Source: Candidatus Micrarchaeota archaeon | GTDB lineage: Archaea; Micrarchaeota; Micrarchaeia; Micrarchaeales; CABMGC01 | Length of the DNA: 59,243 bases | Assembly: GCA_021791245.1 (NCBI GenBank) | Contig: JAJYWY010000012.1 | Coordinates: forward strand, 1 to 59,243 | Direction: 5' to 3' | Shown: in pieces, positions 29,285 through 39,791 of the stretch | Layout of the letters: the number at the start of each line of letters is the position of its first letter | Numbering within the stretch: position 1 is the stretch's first letter | Notes under the pieces: model-generated | Databases searched by the model: none | Told to the model about the DNA's origin: nothing | Seen by the model: the letters and a program-made list of their open reading frames with translations, nothing else | Made by a program: the position numbers and the translations under genes

Positions 29285-29343
29285 CATACTTCCATAATTT
29301 GAAGCCCGGGCTTTCTAACATTCCCTCTTAAACCGATGTTCCA

Positions 29344-30120
29344 ATGGATATAGATATAGACATAATGAAGTCGGCGCAGGAGAATGCCAACGATTATTTC
29401 AGCATGTCTAAGAAGGCAAAGAGAAAAAAAGAAGGGGCAATAGAAGCGCTTAAGGATCTTGAGAAAAGACTTGCGGAGCACGAAAAAGCTGGGAAGGAGA
29501 ACGCGCCTGTGCTAAAGAAAGTGGAGAAGCAGGAATGGTACGAGAAGTTCAGGTGGTTCTTTGCAAGCGACGGCTCCCTAGCAATAGGCGGAAGGGATGC
29601 AAGGCAGAATGAGATAATAGTGGGCAGATACTTTGAGGACAAGGATCTATTCTTCCATGCCGACATATTCGGCGCATCCGTAGTCATATTAAAAGATGGA
29701 ACTTATAAAAATCGCGGAATAAAGGAAGAGGTTGCGCAGTTTGCGGCATGCTATTCCAGGGCCTGGGAGCAGAGCGCAACTGTCAATGTGTATTCTCTTC
29801 CAAGGTCTGGTGTCAGCAAGTCAACGCAAAAAGGGTCTATTGGCACAGGCAGCTTCCTCTTAAGCGGGGAGAGGGAATGGTTCAAGGACGCAAAGCTGGA
29901 GCTCTGCGCATATGTAACAGAGCAGGAGGAGGGAATGAAGAAACTCAATATCGCGCCTGGGGAAACATGCCGAAAATTAGGCATACGCGGCGTGCTCATA
30001 ACTCCCGGAAATGTAAAGAAGTCGGATGCAGCGAAATTCATATCTAAGGTATTGGATTACAATGATCTCGATAAGATAATGCAGGCGCTTCCTGCGGGCA
30101 TGTTCTCATTGGTTTCCTAA
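29344..30120 (+). CDS. NFACT-R (DUF814) domain protein; C-terminal half of RqcH/NEMF
   Basis: SAQENANDYF..KK.K.K..GA coiled coil, WYEKFRWF, GGRDARQNE, FFHADIFGA, YSRAW. Confidence 0.88.
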   Translation: MDIDIDIMKSAQENANDYFSMSKKAKRKKEGAIEALKDLEKRLAEHEKAGKENAPVLKKVEKQEWYEKFRWFFASDGSLAIGGRDARQNEIIVGRYFEDKDLFFHADIFGASVVILKDGTYKNRGIKEEVAQFAACYSRAWEQSATVNVYSLPRSGVSKSTQKGSIGTGSFLLSGEREWFKDAKLELCAYVTEQEEGMKKLNIAPGETCRKLGIRGVLITPGNVKKSDAAKFISKVLDYNDLDKIMQALPAGMFSLVS

Positions 30121-30317
30121 TAAAAGTGACATCTCACATGGCCCCTTCCAACTGCGAGACCATAAAAATGCAATCGAATATGCCCCATGATTCAAAGGCC
30201 CGGCTCGCAGCTGCCGGATTTGCAGCAGCTTGGCAATATGCATGTGCAATATGTACATATACCTGCATTGATCAAAGAATTAAGAATTCTTTTATATCTT
30301 AATGGATTCTTATTCTC

Positions 30318-31916
30318 ATGCAGACGAAGTTCATAATCATACTTGGCTCTTTGATGAGCGGCCTTGGCAAAGGTGTCATAACATCTTCCATCTCAAAGAT
30401 CCTCAGCTTCTACGACTACAAAGTGCTTCCGCTCAAGTTTGACGGATATCTTAATTATGATTCCGGGACCATAAATCCTTACAAGCACGGCGAAGTATTC
30501 GTACTTGAAGACGGAGCGGAACTGGACATGGATTTCGGTATGTATGAGCGCTTCCTAAATGTCAACCTGAAGAATGAACTCTCAATAACTGGCGGCAAGA
30601 TCATGACAACAGTAATCTCCAAGGAGCGCGTAGGGGAATTCCTTGGGGATGACATACAAATAATACCCCATCTTACCGGAGAAATAATAAAGTGGGTAAA
30701 AAACGTTGCCGCTAAGAACAATCTCGATGCGCTTGTGATAGAAGTCGGCGGTACTGTTGGCGACTTGGAGAACGGCTATTTCATAGAAGCTATGAGGCAG
30801 TTATCCCTTTCCGAGGACGTAGAATTCATCAATCTCACGTATATACCTCAGGTAGGATTAAGCAAGGAGCAGAAGACTAAGCCTACGCAGCTTGCATACA
30901 GATTGCTAATGCAGCTGGGCATAAAGCCGGACCTTCTCATATGCAGGTGCGGGAGTAAACTTGCGGAGAAGACAAAGGAGAAGCTTGCGCTATTCACGAA
31001 TCTTACAAACGACAGGATAATAGACGATAGCGATGTTGATACCATATACTCCATGCCCATTATGCTCATGGCGCAGGGCGCAGACAAGATCCTGCTTGAC
31101 GACCTTGGATTCAAGAACACGCGAAACGAAAGGAAAGTAAGGGAGTGGGCTGAAATAGTAGACAGATTATCAAAGCCCAAAAAGAAAGTCAGCGTAGCCA
31201 TAGTTGGCAAATATACAGGTGCAGACGATTCATATGCCAGCGTGAAAGAGGCATTGGTGAGTGCAGGTGCGGAATTGGGGGTAGGCGTAAGCATAGAGTT
31301 CATAGATTCCTCCCTCATCGAGAAGAAGGGATATGACCTTTCTCCATTCGACGGCATACTTGTCCCGGGGGGATTCGGCAACAGGGGAATAGAGGGCATG
31401 ATAGCGGCAATAAAATATGCAAGGGAGAACAACATGCCATATCTCGGAATATGCCTTGGCATGCAGCTGATGTGCATAGAGTTTGCAAGGAACGTGTGCG
31501 GAATTGAAGGCGCCACATCGTCCGAATTCGACAAAAACGCAGAGCATAAAATAATATCCCTTATGAGCGAACAGGAAGGGGTAACAGCAAAGGGGGCTAC
31601 GATGCGCCTAGGTACCTATGGGTGCATGATACAGGATAAGAATTCGCTTGCCTACGGTGCATACAAGCAGGAAAGGATAATGGAGAGGCACAGGCACAGG
31701 TACGAGTTCAACAACGAGTACAGGGAATTATTTGCAAAGGGCGGAATGGTTATATCTGGCATGTCCCCTGACAAGAATATGGTGGAGATTGTAGAATGGC
31801 AGAACGGGCTTGGCATAGGCACGCAAGCGCATCCCGAATTCAAGTCAAGGCCTGGAAATCCTGCCCCGCTATTCACAAGCTTTGTAAATTTATGCATCAG
31901 GACAAGAAAGACCTGA
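30318..31916 (+). CDS. pyrG: CTP synthase
   Basis: SGLGKG, HGEVFV, EVGGTVGD, KTKPTQ, GICLGMQ, ERHRHRYE, HPEFKS. Confidence 0.97.
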   Translation: MQTKFIIILGSLMSGLGKGVITSSISKILSFYDYKVLPLKFDGYLNYDSGTINPYKHGEVFVLEDGAELDMDFGMYERFLNVNLKNELSITGGKIMTTVISKERVGEFLGDDIQIIPHLTGEIIKWVKNVAAKNNLDALVIEVGGTVGDLENGYFIEAMRQLSLSEDVEFINLTYIPQVGLSKEQKTKPTQLAYRLLMQLGIKPDLLICRCGSKLAEKTKEKLALFTNLTNDRIIDDSDVDTIYSMPIMLMAQGADKILLDDLGFKNTRNERKVREWAEIVDRLSKPKKKVSVAIVGKYTGADDSYASVKEALVSAGAELGVGVSIEFIDSSLIEKKGYDLSPFDGILVPGGFGNRGIEGMIAAIKYARENNMPYLGICLGMQLMCIEFARNVCGIEGATSSEFDKNAEHKIISLMSEQEGVTAKGATMRLGTYGCMIQDKNSLAYGAYKQERIMERHRHRYEFNNEYRELFAKGGMVISGMSPDKNMVEIVEWQNGLGIGTQAHPEFKSRPGNPAPLFTSFVNLCIRTRKT

Positions 31917-32607
31917 TAAGCGCGATGGCCTGCCTTGCTCCTGCCTTAGACCTGCCTTCTTTCCTGGAAGCGAACGCATAAGGGACTTCTGCTATCTTGG
32001 CATCCCCCTTTCTTATGCATTTCAGTATGTCAAACAGTATCTTGTATCCTTCTCCCACGAATCTCCCCCTGTTCTTCATGTATATGTTTTTGAAGAATCT
32101 TCTCCTTATCCCGAAGTAACCAGAGAATATGTCGCTGCTTCTTTCCCTTCCAAGGAGGACAAGCTCCGCATATCCCAATGTTATAAGGGCCTTAGAGATG
32201 AGTTTCCTGTACATCTGCCATCCCTCCACGCTTTTCCTTACAGCCACTGCAATATCATTCCCCGAGTCCAACTTTTCACTGATATCCCCTATCCTATCGA
32301 ATGGGTGCTGCATGTCTGCATCCATCACTATTGCAAATTTCGTACCTGATTCCATGATACCGTCGATAACGCTTCCTGTCAGCCCTTTCCTCCTCTTCAT
32401 GGAGCTCCTGTCGAGGAACCGTATCCTCCGATGGGCCCTTGCAAGCGACATGACAACGCTTTTTGTCCTGTCCGTTGACCCGTCGTCAGCCACAATTATG
32501 CTTATGCCCGGATACCGCCCTATTATCGCCGACATAAGTTTCCCTATGCTTCCTTCCTCGTTGTACGTTGGAAGCACTACCGTTACAGAAGAATAAATGC
32601 CCCTCAA
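31897..32607 (-). CDS. GT2 glycosyltransferase (Dol-P-Man synthase-like)
   Basis: VLPTYNEE, DDGSTDRT, MDADMQHP, SDIFSGYF. Confidence 0.9.
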   Translation of the reverse strand: MRGIYSSVTVVLPTYNEEGSIGKLMSAIIGRYPGISIIVADDGSTDRTKSVVMSLARAHRRIRFLDRSSMKRRKGLTGSVIDGIMESGTKFAIVMDADMQHPFDRIGDISEKLDSGNDIAVAVRKSVEGWQMYRKLISKALITLGYAELVLLGRERSSDIFSGYFGIRRRFFKNIYMKNRGRFVGEGYKILFDILKCIRKGDAKIAEVPYAFASRKEGRSKAGARQAIALIRSFLS

Positions 32608-34181
32608 GGTATGAACCTCAGTATGTATCCAAGGAAGCCTATCATTATGCTTCCTATTATAGGTATGTTCTTCGCTATCTTTATTATAACCATTATCTCG
32701 CCTTTATTCAGCGCCTTCGTGAATGCGACAGCTATAGGATATACAATTGCAGTTATCGCGATTCCGATGACAAGCTGCACGAACGGCGAAATTCCAAGCA
32801 TTGAGAAGGCGAGCAGCACAATCCCAAGTATCACGTTTGCGGCTATTATCCTTGAGATGTTGTAGTCTATATCCAATTTCAGCACCTTCTTTACATACCA
32901 TATGTAGATGGCGTCTGTTGCCAGGGCATTCACGAAGAAGAGCGCGATTATCAGGCTAAATGTGCTGAATATCCTGGCAGAGACAAGCAGCGCTATTATC
33001 TCTGCCGCATCCACTGCCAGGGAGTACTTGAATACCCTAAGAACCTCCCCCCTGCTCATCGCTATCGCGCCGCCGCTCACGCTGAACAGGCCTATGAGTA
33101 TGCTTATCGCTATCGCTATCATGTACAGCGGCGCGGCTGCAAAAGAGTATGTAAACAGCGTGTTTATTATCTGGGTGGAGAAGACAATTATATACACTAT
33201 TATCGGGGTTGTGAAAAGGAAGGAGAAGTATATTGAATAGCGGTATATCTGGTTTGTCTTCCTTGCTATGCTATTCGTCTCATTTGCTATTGTAAACATG
33301 GGAATAAGCACAGCGCCTATGGATCCTACGACTATATCTATAAGATTGCCGATCTTTGTGGCTACTCCATACGAGCCTATCGAGCCTACTACGGATGCGC
33401 CGAAGAACGCGCTTATGAGAAGCATCGAAAGATTCGTTGTTGCGTTTCCAACTATGCCCGACAAAGTGAGAGGAGTTGAAAAGAACAGCATCTCCTTCAT
33501 CCTTTTCCGCATCCCCTCCATTTTGAGGCTTATGCTGCTAAACTTTAGTACATAGTATATCTGGTAAATTGCCCCCACTGCCAAACCTGCAGAGAATCCT
33601 GCCACTGCGCCGATGGGCCCGAACCCTGCAATTACGAGCGCTATGCTTATTATCGCCTGCAGCCCGTAATTTATCACGGAAGCCAGCGCAGGGTGGATTC
33701 CGTCCCCGAAACTTATCAGTATTGCAGAAAGATTGCCGAAGAGCAGGGATCCGAGCACGCTTGTTATCGTAAGAAGCACTATCGGCACATAGCTTGTGCT
33801 GTGGAATATGTAATTGGCTATGAATCCGCTCAGCAATACCGCAGCTATAGAGACTGCAAGCCCCATTATAGCAAGCAGCAGCATGCCGCTGCCTAGTATC
33901 TCAGCTACCTCGTCATTCTTCTTTTTCAGCACGTTTTGGGGTATGTATTTGTTGAAATACTGCGTTGCGCTTATGCTTGATACGGAAATAAGCAGGCTGG
34001 ACAACCCAAGTGCAAGCGTATATACTCCGTATCCGGATGAGCCGAGCAGCCTGGCTATAATTATAAACGTTATGCCCCCTATCGCAACCGAGGCAACCTT
34101 CCCAAGCAGCACCATCGAAGCTATGCTTCCGCTGCTGATCCCAAGCCTCTCAACGTCAGAGTTGTCGTACTTTCCATTCAT
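32604..34181 (-). CDS. Wzx/AglR-like oligosaccharide flippase
   Basis: About 14 TM helices, ARLLGSSGYGVY (MOP superfamily). Confidence 0.85.
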   Translation of the reverse strand: MNGKYDNSDVERLGISSGSIASMVLLGKVASVAIGGITFIIIARLLGSSGYGVYTLALGLSSLLISVSSISATQYFNKYIPQNVLKKKNDEVAEILGSGMLLLAIMGLAVSIAAVLLSGFIANYIFHSTSYVPIVLLTITSVLGSLLFGNLSAILISFGDGIHPALASVINYGLQAIISIALVIAGFGPIGAVAGFSAGLAVGAIYQIYYVLKFSSISLKMEGMRKRMKEMLFFSTPLTLSGIVGNATTNLSMLLISAFFGASVVGSIGSYGVATKIGNLIDIVVGSIGAVLIPMFTIANETNSIARKTNQIYRYSIYFSFLFTTPIIVYIIVFSTQIINTLFTYSFAAAPLYMIAIAISILIGLFSVSGGAIAMSRGEVLRVFKYSLAVDAAEIIALLVSARIFSTFSLIIALFFVNALATDAIYIWYVKKVLKLDIDYNISRIIAANVILGIVLLAFSMLGISPFVQLVIGIAITAIVYPIAVAFTKALNKGEIMVIIKIAKNIPIIGSIMIGFLGYILRFIP

Positions 34182-34188
34182 CTGAACA

Positions 34189-35775
34189 CTAAACTTCTAT
34201 GTCGAACATTTCAATAAATAATTCAAGGTACATTATAATATAATTTGTAGCGTGCTCAAGCAGCGGTATGTTCTTTGTTATGTGCCTGAGCTCTGCAAAC
34301 TTCTCGTTGTTGAGTATTTTGAAGAGGACTAGGAGCACAGGATAAATAAAGACCAGGGAAAAGAGCGCAGTTGCGGCCTCCACAAGCACATTCTGCGATA
34401 AGAGGGAAGCATACATCAAGATGCCTATTATTGCAGAGCATACGAGTATGTTTCCCATGCTTCTGAAGTCAGGCGCAATCCCGAAATCCTTCTTTATGCT
34501 GCCAAGGAAGAGCACCACGTCGATTAGGTTGCCTACGAAGAAGATGGATATTATTGCGCCTATTGCCGAGAATCTTGGCACAAGCAGAAACAGGGAAAGC
34601 AGTTCCATTATCGTTGACACGGCCGAGAATTTAAGCACCATGAACGGCTTTCCCGACGCCACCAAAAAGCTTGACGTAAAGAGTGCGAAGAGGCTTACTA
34701 TAAAGCCTATCCCTATGAGTGTTATATACTCCGGCGCAAGGGCGTAATTGCTCGATATGAGCATATACACTATCTGCTTCGAGAATACGGACAGCACTAT
34801 CACTATCGGCACTACTATAAGCAATGCGTATATGAGCGCCTTGTCGTATAGCTTCTTCCTCTCCTTCTTTGTCCTTTTCGATATAAGCGAGGCGGAGAGC
34901 GACGGGAGCATCACGGTAGTTATGACTCCGGCAAGTATTGTCATTATTGCGAGAACGTTAAGGGATACTCCAAAGTTCCCTATTACATATGTAGTAGAGT
35001 ATATACCAAGGAGAAGCACTGCAACCCCGTTCATCGAATTAGTTGTAAGTATGTTGTTGAGCGCAACAGGCAGTGCGAAAGCGAATATTCTCTTCAGGTA
35101 TTTATTCTCGGGCCTTATTATCCTTATCTTTATGTATTTGCTAGCTTCTATGTATAACATTATGAATGACGTGGCGAAGCCTGCTGCGTATCCCGCAAGA
35201 AAACCGAAGAGCGCGCCGTTCACCCCAAATCCCATGAGTATCAGGGATATGCTTAACGCAAACGCGACCACATTCGTAGATATCGAGGATATCGCCGCCT
35301 TGTTGCCCATCCCAAGCCCGACTAATGCGGCATACGAAGTTCCGTAGAGCATGTAGAAGAGCACAGCCGCCGCAGCTATGGCAAAGGAGACGTAGCTTAC
35401 TCCAGTTGAATTGAATATGTATACGGACACAAAGCTGCTGAGCAGCATTCCAATCCCGCTCAGCAATATCGCTATTGCGGAAACAAGCACGTAGCTGTTC
35501 ATGAGGCTCGGCATCATCTCCGAATAGTCGTTCTTGTATTTCATCTCTGCAAGATGCTTGTTAAGATACGTGCCTATGCCGAAATGGTTCATTGCGGTAA
35601 GCAGGGTGAAGAACCCTATTGCAAGGGTGTAGAGCCCGTAGTCATGCGTGCTGAGCAGGCGCGGCACGAAAACCGACGTCATTACAGTAAAAAGCAGTGC
35701 GACTGCTCCTGCTATGAATATTGAGTACACCGAGCGTGCTGCAAGATGGCCCACGCTCTCTTTATTTTTACCCAT
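34189..35775 (-). CDS. Wzx/AglR-like oligosaccharide flippase (tandem paralog)
   Basis: PRLLSTHDYGLYTLA, same topology as the neighbour. Start 35775 inferred. Confidence 0.85.
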   Translation of the reverse strand: MGKNKESVGHLAARSVYSIFIAGAVALLFTVMTSVFVPRLLSTHDYGLYTLAIGFFTLLTAMNHFGIGTYLNKHLAEMKYKNDYSEMMPSLMNSYVLVSAIAILLSGIGMLLSSFVSVYIFNSTGVSYVSFAIAAAAVLFYMLYGTSYAALVGLGMGNKAAISSISTNVVAFALSISLILMGFGVNGALFGFLAGYAAGFATSFIMLYIEASKYIKIRIIRPENKYLKRIFAFALPVALNNILTTNSMNGVAVLLLGIYSTTYVIGNFGVSLNVLAIMTILAGVITTVMLPSLSASLISKRTKKERKKLYDKALIYALLIVVPIVIVLSVFSKQIVYMLISSNYALAPEYITLIGIGFIVSLFALFTSSFLVASGKPFMVLKFSAVSTIMELLSLFLLVPRFSAIGAIISIFFVGNLIDVVLFLGSIKKDFGIAPDFRSMGNILVCSAIIGILMYASLLSQNVLVEAATALFSLVFIYPVLLVLFKILNNEKFAELRHITKNIPLLEHATNYIIMYLELFIEMFDIEV

Positions 35776-35868
35776 AATTTCCCAAATACCACGCGCAAAA
35801 CATGCGGAGCATGAATACAGCAAGCTTTATAATAATTCAATAATCTATTTATAGATTGGTGTAAGTAT

Positions 35869-36240
35869 ATGGCAGTAGATGCAGACGCATTGTTCAAGCA
35901 GATGGCACGGAAGAGGGTAAACATCTTCTTCGCAATATTTTTGTTGATAGCGATGGCGGCTGCGGTTGCTGACGAGGTAAGTACATCGCTTCTGTTCGCA
36001 ACCGACGAGATAATGTTCGTCGTAATAGCATTGATGGGCATAATATACCTTGTCGCAATGTCGCAGAAGAAATCGCTGAAGGATCTTAGGATACAGAACA
36101 ACATGCTCTTTCTGCTGTTCCTCATAGCCCTGATAATACAGCTTGTCTGGATGCCTATAGAGTTTGGGACATCAGATTTCGGCGACGATGTGCCAATGCT
36201 GATATTCTTCGTGCTTGCAGTGCTGAACAGATTCCTGTAA
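35869..36240 (+). CDS. Small 4-TM membrane protein
   Basis: Four hydrophobic helices with intramembrane DE/DD pairs. Confidence 0.75.
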   Translation: MAVDADALFKQMARKRVNIFFAIFLLIAMAAAVADEVSTSLLFATDEIMFVVIALMGIIYLVAMSQKKSLKDLRIQNNMLFLLFLIALIIQLVWMPIEFGTSDFGDDVPMLIFFVLAVLNRFL

Positions 36241-36322
36241 TTTCTTTTGTTTTTATAACTTTTTTCTTTTTTCACGAATATTTATATAAGCAGATGAGAA
36301 AGAGAGTAGATGCGAAAGGTTC

Positions 36323-38590
36323 ATGATGGTCTTTATGAATGATGAGAAAAAGGGCAGGATGCTGTACAGGTCGCTAGAATATGTCGCAGTATTTGCAATC
36401 TTCCTTCTTATAACAGTCTTCGCCTTCTATCCTCTGGCAACGCATATGTCATCATATGTAGTAAACGGAGGAGGGGATGCATTCCAGAGCCTATGGGGCC
36501 TGTGGTGGGCGCCATACTCGATGTTCGTGATGCATGCCTCACCATATTTCACAAACATGATATATTATCCTGTCGGGGCGGACCTTTCTACGCAGACCCT
36601 GATGCCGCTGGCCGGCGTATTTAGCGCCCCATTTCAGTTAATAAGCATGCCATTTGCATACAACATAATCTTCTTTCTGGGATTCGCGCTGTCAGGCCTG
36701 TTTGCATATATGCTTGCAAAGTACATAACAGGCAACAAGTATGCTGCGTTCATCGCAGGCATGGTCTTTGCATTTAGCCCGATGCACATAGCCCAGTCGT
36801 ACGGCCATCTTAATTGGACCACAATAGAATGGATTCCGCTATTCTTCCTCTTCCTTTTGCTAATGATAGACAGGAAGAAGGCGCTTTATGGGGTAGGCGC
36901 AGGCGCAAGCTTTGTCCTTCTAACGTTCATGGGAGATATAGAGCAGGGGATAATAGTTGTGCTTGCAACAATAATCATGCTTCTGCTTTATCTTGCAACG
37001 AAAAGCAGCAGGCCCAAGATACTAAACAAGAAGTTTGCAATTGGCTTCGCTGCTATGGTATTATCAATAATCATACTTGGAGCTGCGTTCTTTGTGCCGA
37101 TAGTGTCTAGCATAATCAACGGCGGCGCACTTTCGGCGGCGAGCCAGCTTTCCGACATATCCCACAATATGATATGGAGCGACAATGTAGCATCATTCTT
37201 CATCCCGAGCGTATTCAACAGCATATTCTCTGGAATAGCCAGGCATGCGTACGGCCCTGAGTTTTTTGCAGACCCGTCCGAGGGGATCGCATACGTAGGC
37301 TATGTGGTTATCGCACTTTCGCTCATAGCAATATACTATGACTATAGGAACAGGAGAGTGAAGCGTGCAGCATTCTGGCTTGCGCTTGCAATAATATTCG
37401 CATGGCTTGCGCTTGGCCCCTACGTCCAGATAGGAAGCGCAATTACCCAGATACCAGGCCTGTTCATGCTTTACCGGAATATACCTCTATTCAACATAAT
37501 AAGGGAGCCTGGCAGGTTCGACATCATTGCGACTCTTGCCCTTTCCGTTTTATCCGCGATAGGTTTCAGCGAACTGCTCAAGCACGAGAAGGTTATAAAC
37601 AAGAGGAATGCCGCCATGTTCCTGTGCGCGGCGCTGAGCATTATCATATTCATAGAATATTTCGGATTGCCAACATTAAGAGTCAACGGATCGAACCTTT
37701 ACATGAATGCCACTATACCAAACGCGTATTTCGAGCTAGGCAACGTAACTGGAAACTTCACTGTATTGGTACTTCCTGATACGCTAAATGTTACTTCTCC
37801 TCCGCTTTATCCGGGCATGGACATGTACTACCAGACGGCCTTCAGAAAGCCGATACTTGGCGGATACACGTCAAGGACTGTCTATAACCAGACCCTTTCA
37901 GTAGATATTCTTCCTCTCTCATTGCAGTCAGGGTATCTTGAGCAGGGCATCAATGGCTTTGGATATCCAATAAGCGAGAACCTCAGCAAGCTAAACGCAT
38001 TCATGCTTGTAGGCATATACAACACAAGATTCGTTGCAATTATAAGAAAAGCGTACAACTACACTGACTTCTACATACTGGCGTCATACCTGTACGGAAT
38101 GCTTGGGAATCCGGTATACAACAGCAACACGACGCTGATCTTTACGACTGACGGTGCGGCCAAGACCGTAGGGTCTATCCCTCTTGCCTACATAACCGGG
38201 AACTGGACCCCTGGATATGCGTTCTGCGGCACGCAGATAGCATGCAATTCTACGTTTAGCAACATGTGGTGGGGAGACAGCATAAGGCCAATGATAGTAT
38301 ACGTGCCCCCGAACGATACCAACGTGCTGCTCAACTTCACTGCAGCATCTGCCCAGGGCATGCCAACCATGTACATATACGGCTCGCTTAACCCGATAAA
38401 GCCGATAAACATAACTCCCACACTTGCCAGGTATTCTGTGCCGCTAAAGCTTGATCCCGGGTACAACAAGCTCGCATTCTACATGCCGCAATCTTCCAAC
38501 GATTCGTTATTTTCCATGTTTGTGCAGGGCTATGGCTATGTGTCACTGAGCAACTTCGGGGTCAATAACATAACAATAAGGGCAAGCTAA
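36323..38590 (+). CDS. GT-C-fold (YfhO-like) membrane glycosyltransferase candidate
   Basis: GD..W..WW loop, YYPVG, FAFSPMH, IREPGRF, YYQT..KPILGGY; many TMs; next to flippases and GT2 genes. Confidence 0.7.
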   Translation: MMVFMNDEKKGRMLYRSLEYVAVFAIFLLITVFAFYPLATHMSSYVVNGGGDAFQSLWGLWWAPYSMFVMHASPYFTNMIYYPVGADLSTQTLMPLAGVFSAPFQLISMPFAYNIIFFLGFALSGLFAYMLAKYITGNKYAAFIAGMVFAFSPMHIAQSYGHLNWTTIEWIPLFFLFLLLMIDRKKALYGVGAGASFVLLTFMGDIEQGIIVVLATIIMLLLYLATKSSRPKILNKKFAIGFAAMVLSIIILGAAFFVPIVSSIINGGALSAASQLSDISHNMIWSDNVASFFIPSVFNSIFSGIARHAYGPEFFADPSEGIAYVGYVVIALSLIAIYYDYRNRRVKRAAFWLALAIIFAWLALGPYVQIGSAITQIPGLFMLYRNIPLFNIIREPGRFDIIATLALSVLSAIGFSELLKHEKVINKRNAAMFLCAALSIIIFIEYFGLPTLRVNGSNLYMNATIPNAYFELGNVTGNFTVLVLPDTLNVTSPPLYPGMDMYYQTAFRKPILGGYTSRTVYNQTLSVDILPLSLQSGYLEQGINGFGYPISENLSKLNAFMLVGIYNTRFVAIIRKAYNYTDFYILASYLYGMLGNPVYNSNTTLIFTTDGAAKTVGSIPLAYITGNWTPGYAFCGTQIACNSTFSNMWWGDSIRPMIVYVPPNDTNVLLNFTAASAQGMPTMYIYGSLNPIKPINITPTLARYSVPLKLDPGYNKLAFYMPQSSNDSLFSMFVQGYGYVSLSNFGVNNITIRAS

Positions 38591-38766
38591 GCGAGACCGG
38601 ATGACGCCTTGCCCAATGCAATAATCATTGCAGCATGCAGTGACTTCTCCAAATAATGCATGCAAAAGCGCATCACTGCAGTTGGCGCACAATTTTTTTC
38701 TTATACACAATCTTTAAATATTTACCAATGAAACTAAGATTGACCGTTTTACCGAGAGTGGGATCT

Positions 38767-39006
38767 ATGGAAATATTGGGGATTGAAAAAGGGGAGTTAG
38801 TGGACTTGCAGATAAGGGCGAAGACCCCTCATGGCGAGGGAATAGGCAAAGTACGGGAAACTATGGTCTTCGTGAGGAACGCAAAGACGAGGATGGGGAA
38901 GTCTTACAAGGTGCGCATAACTGATGTGCACAGGTCGTTCGCATACGCAGAGCTTGCCGAAGAGAACAATTACCCGGAAGTTACATACAGCAGCATGATA
39001 GCATAG
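38767..39006 (+). CDS. Single TRAM-domain protein (RNA chaperone-like)
   Basis: GEGIGKV..VFVRNA..G..YKVRITDV..SFAYAE. Confidence 0.82.
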   Translation: MEILGIEKGELVDLQIRAKTPHGEGIGKVRETMVFVRNAKTRMGKSYKVRITDVHRSFAYAELAEENNYPEVTYSSMIA

Positions 39007-39113
39007 GAGGGACGGGCATGAATAAAGTATATATAGTTAACGTTGCATATGTGTATTGCCCTTTCAGTTAATTTCTTTACACTTTTTATTCTCGACTAGT
39101 ATTAGGTGGAATT

Positions 39114-39746
39114 ATGGAACAAAACGATAGTATTAAAAAATTGAAGACAGGTACGACTACAATAGGCTTAGTGTGCAGCGACGGGATAATACTCGGCGCG
39201 GATTCAAGGGCAACCTCAGACTCATTCATAGCGAGCACAGAGGCAGTAAAGATAATAAGGATAAACGATGGACTGGGCCTTACCATAGCCGGAGGCGTAG
39301 GCGACAATCAGTATCTTGGAAGGCTGCTCAAGGTGCATGCAGAGCTCTACAAGATGAACGAGGGCAAGGACATGACCCCCACCTCTGCAGGGTCTCTTCT
39401 CTCAATGATACAAACGGAGAACAGGATGTACCCTTATTATGCAGTCAACATGCTTGGCGGAATGAACGGGAACGTGCCAGAGCTGTACATATTCGCCCCA
39501 GACGGCAGCATGATAAAGGAATCCAAGTTTTATTCGGTAGGCAGCGGCTCGCCCATGGCATTCGGCTATCTTGAAGATGCATATAAGCAAGGGATTAGCA
39601 CGCAGGAGGGCATAAAGCATGTGCTAAAGGCGCTGAAGGTGGCGATGAAGAGGGACTCTGCATCCGGGGACAATTTGAGGATAGTCACAATAACCAAAGC
39701 CGGCTACAAGGAATATTATGGCTCTGAAGTGGAGAAGCTTGCATAA
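39114..39746 (+). CDS. psmB: Proteasome beta subunit
   Basis: Propeptide LKTG-TTTIG, GADSRAT, GSGS, RDSASGD. Confidence 0.96.
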   Translation: MEQNDSIKKLKTGTTTIGLVCSDGIILGADSRATSDSFIASTEAVKIIRINDGLGLTIAGGVGDNQYLGRLLKVHAELYKMNEGKDMTPTSAGSLLSMIQTENRMYPYYAVNMLGGMNGNVPELYIFAPDGSMIKESKFYSVGSGSPMAFGYLEDAYKQGISTQEGIKHVLKALKVAMKRDSASGDNLRIVTITKAGYKEYYGSEVEKLA

Positions 39747-39791
39747 TATAAGCAATAATATAAAATATCCGTATTTTCACACTGTGATAGA

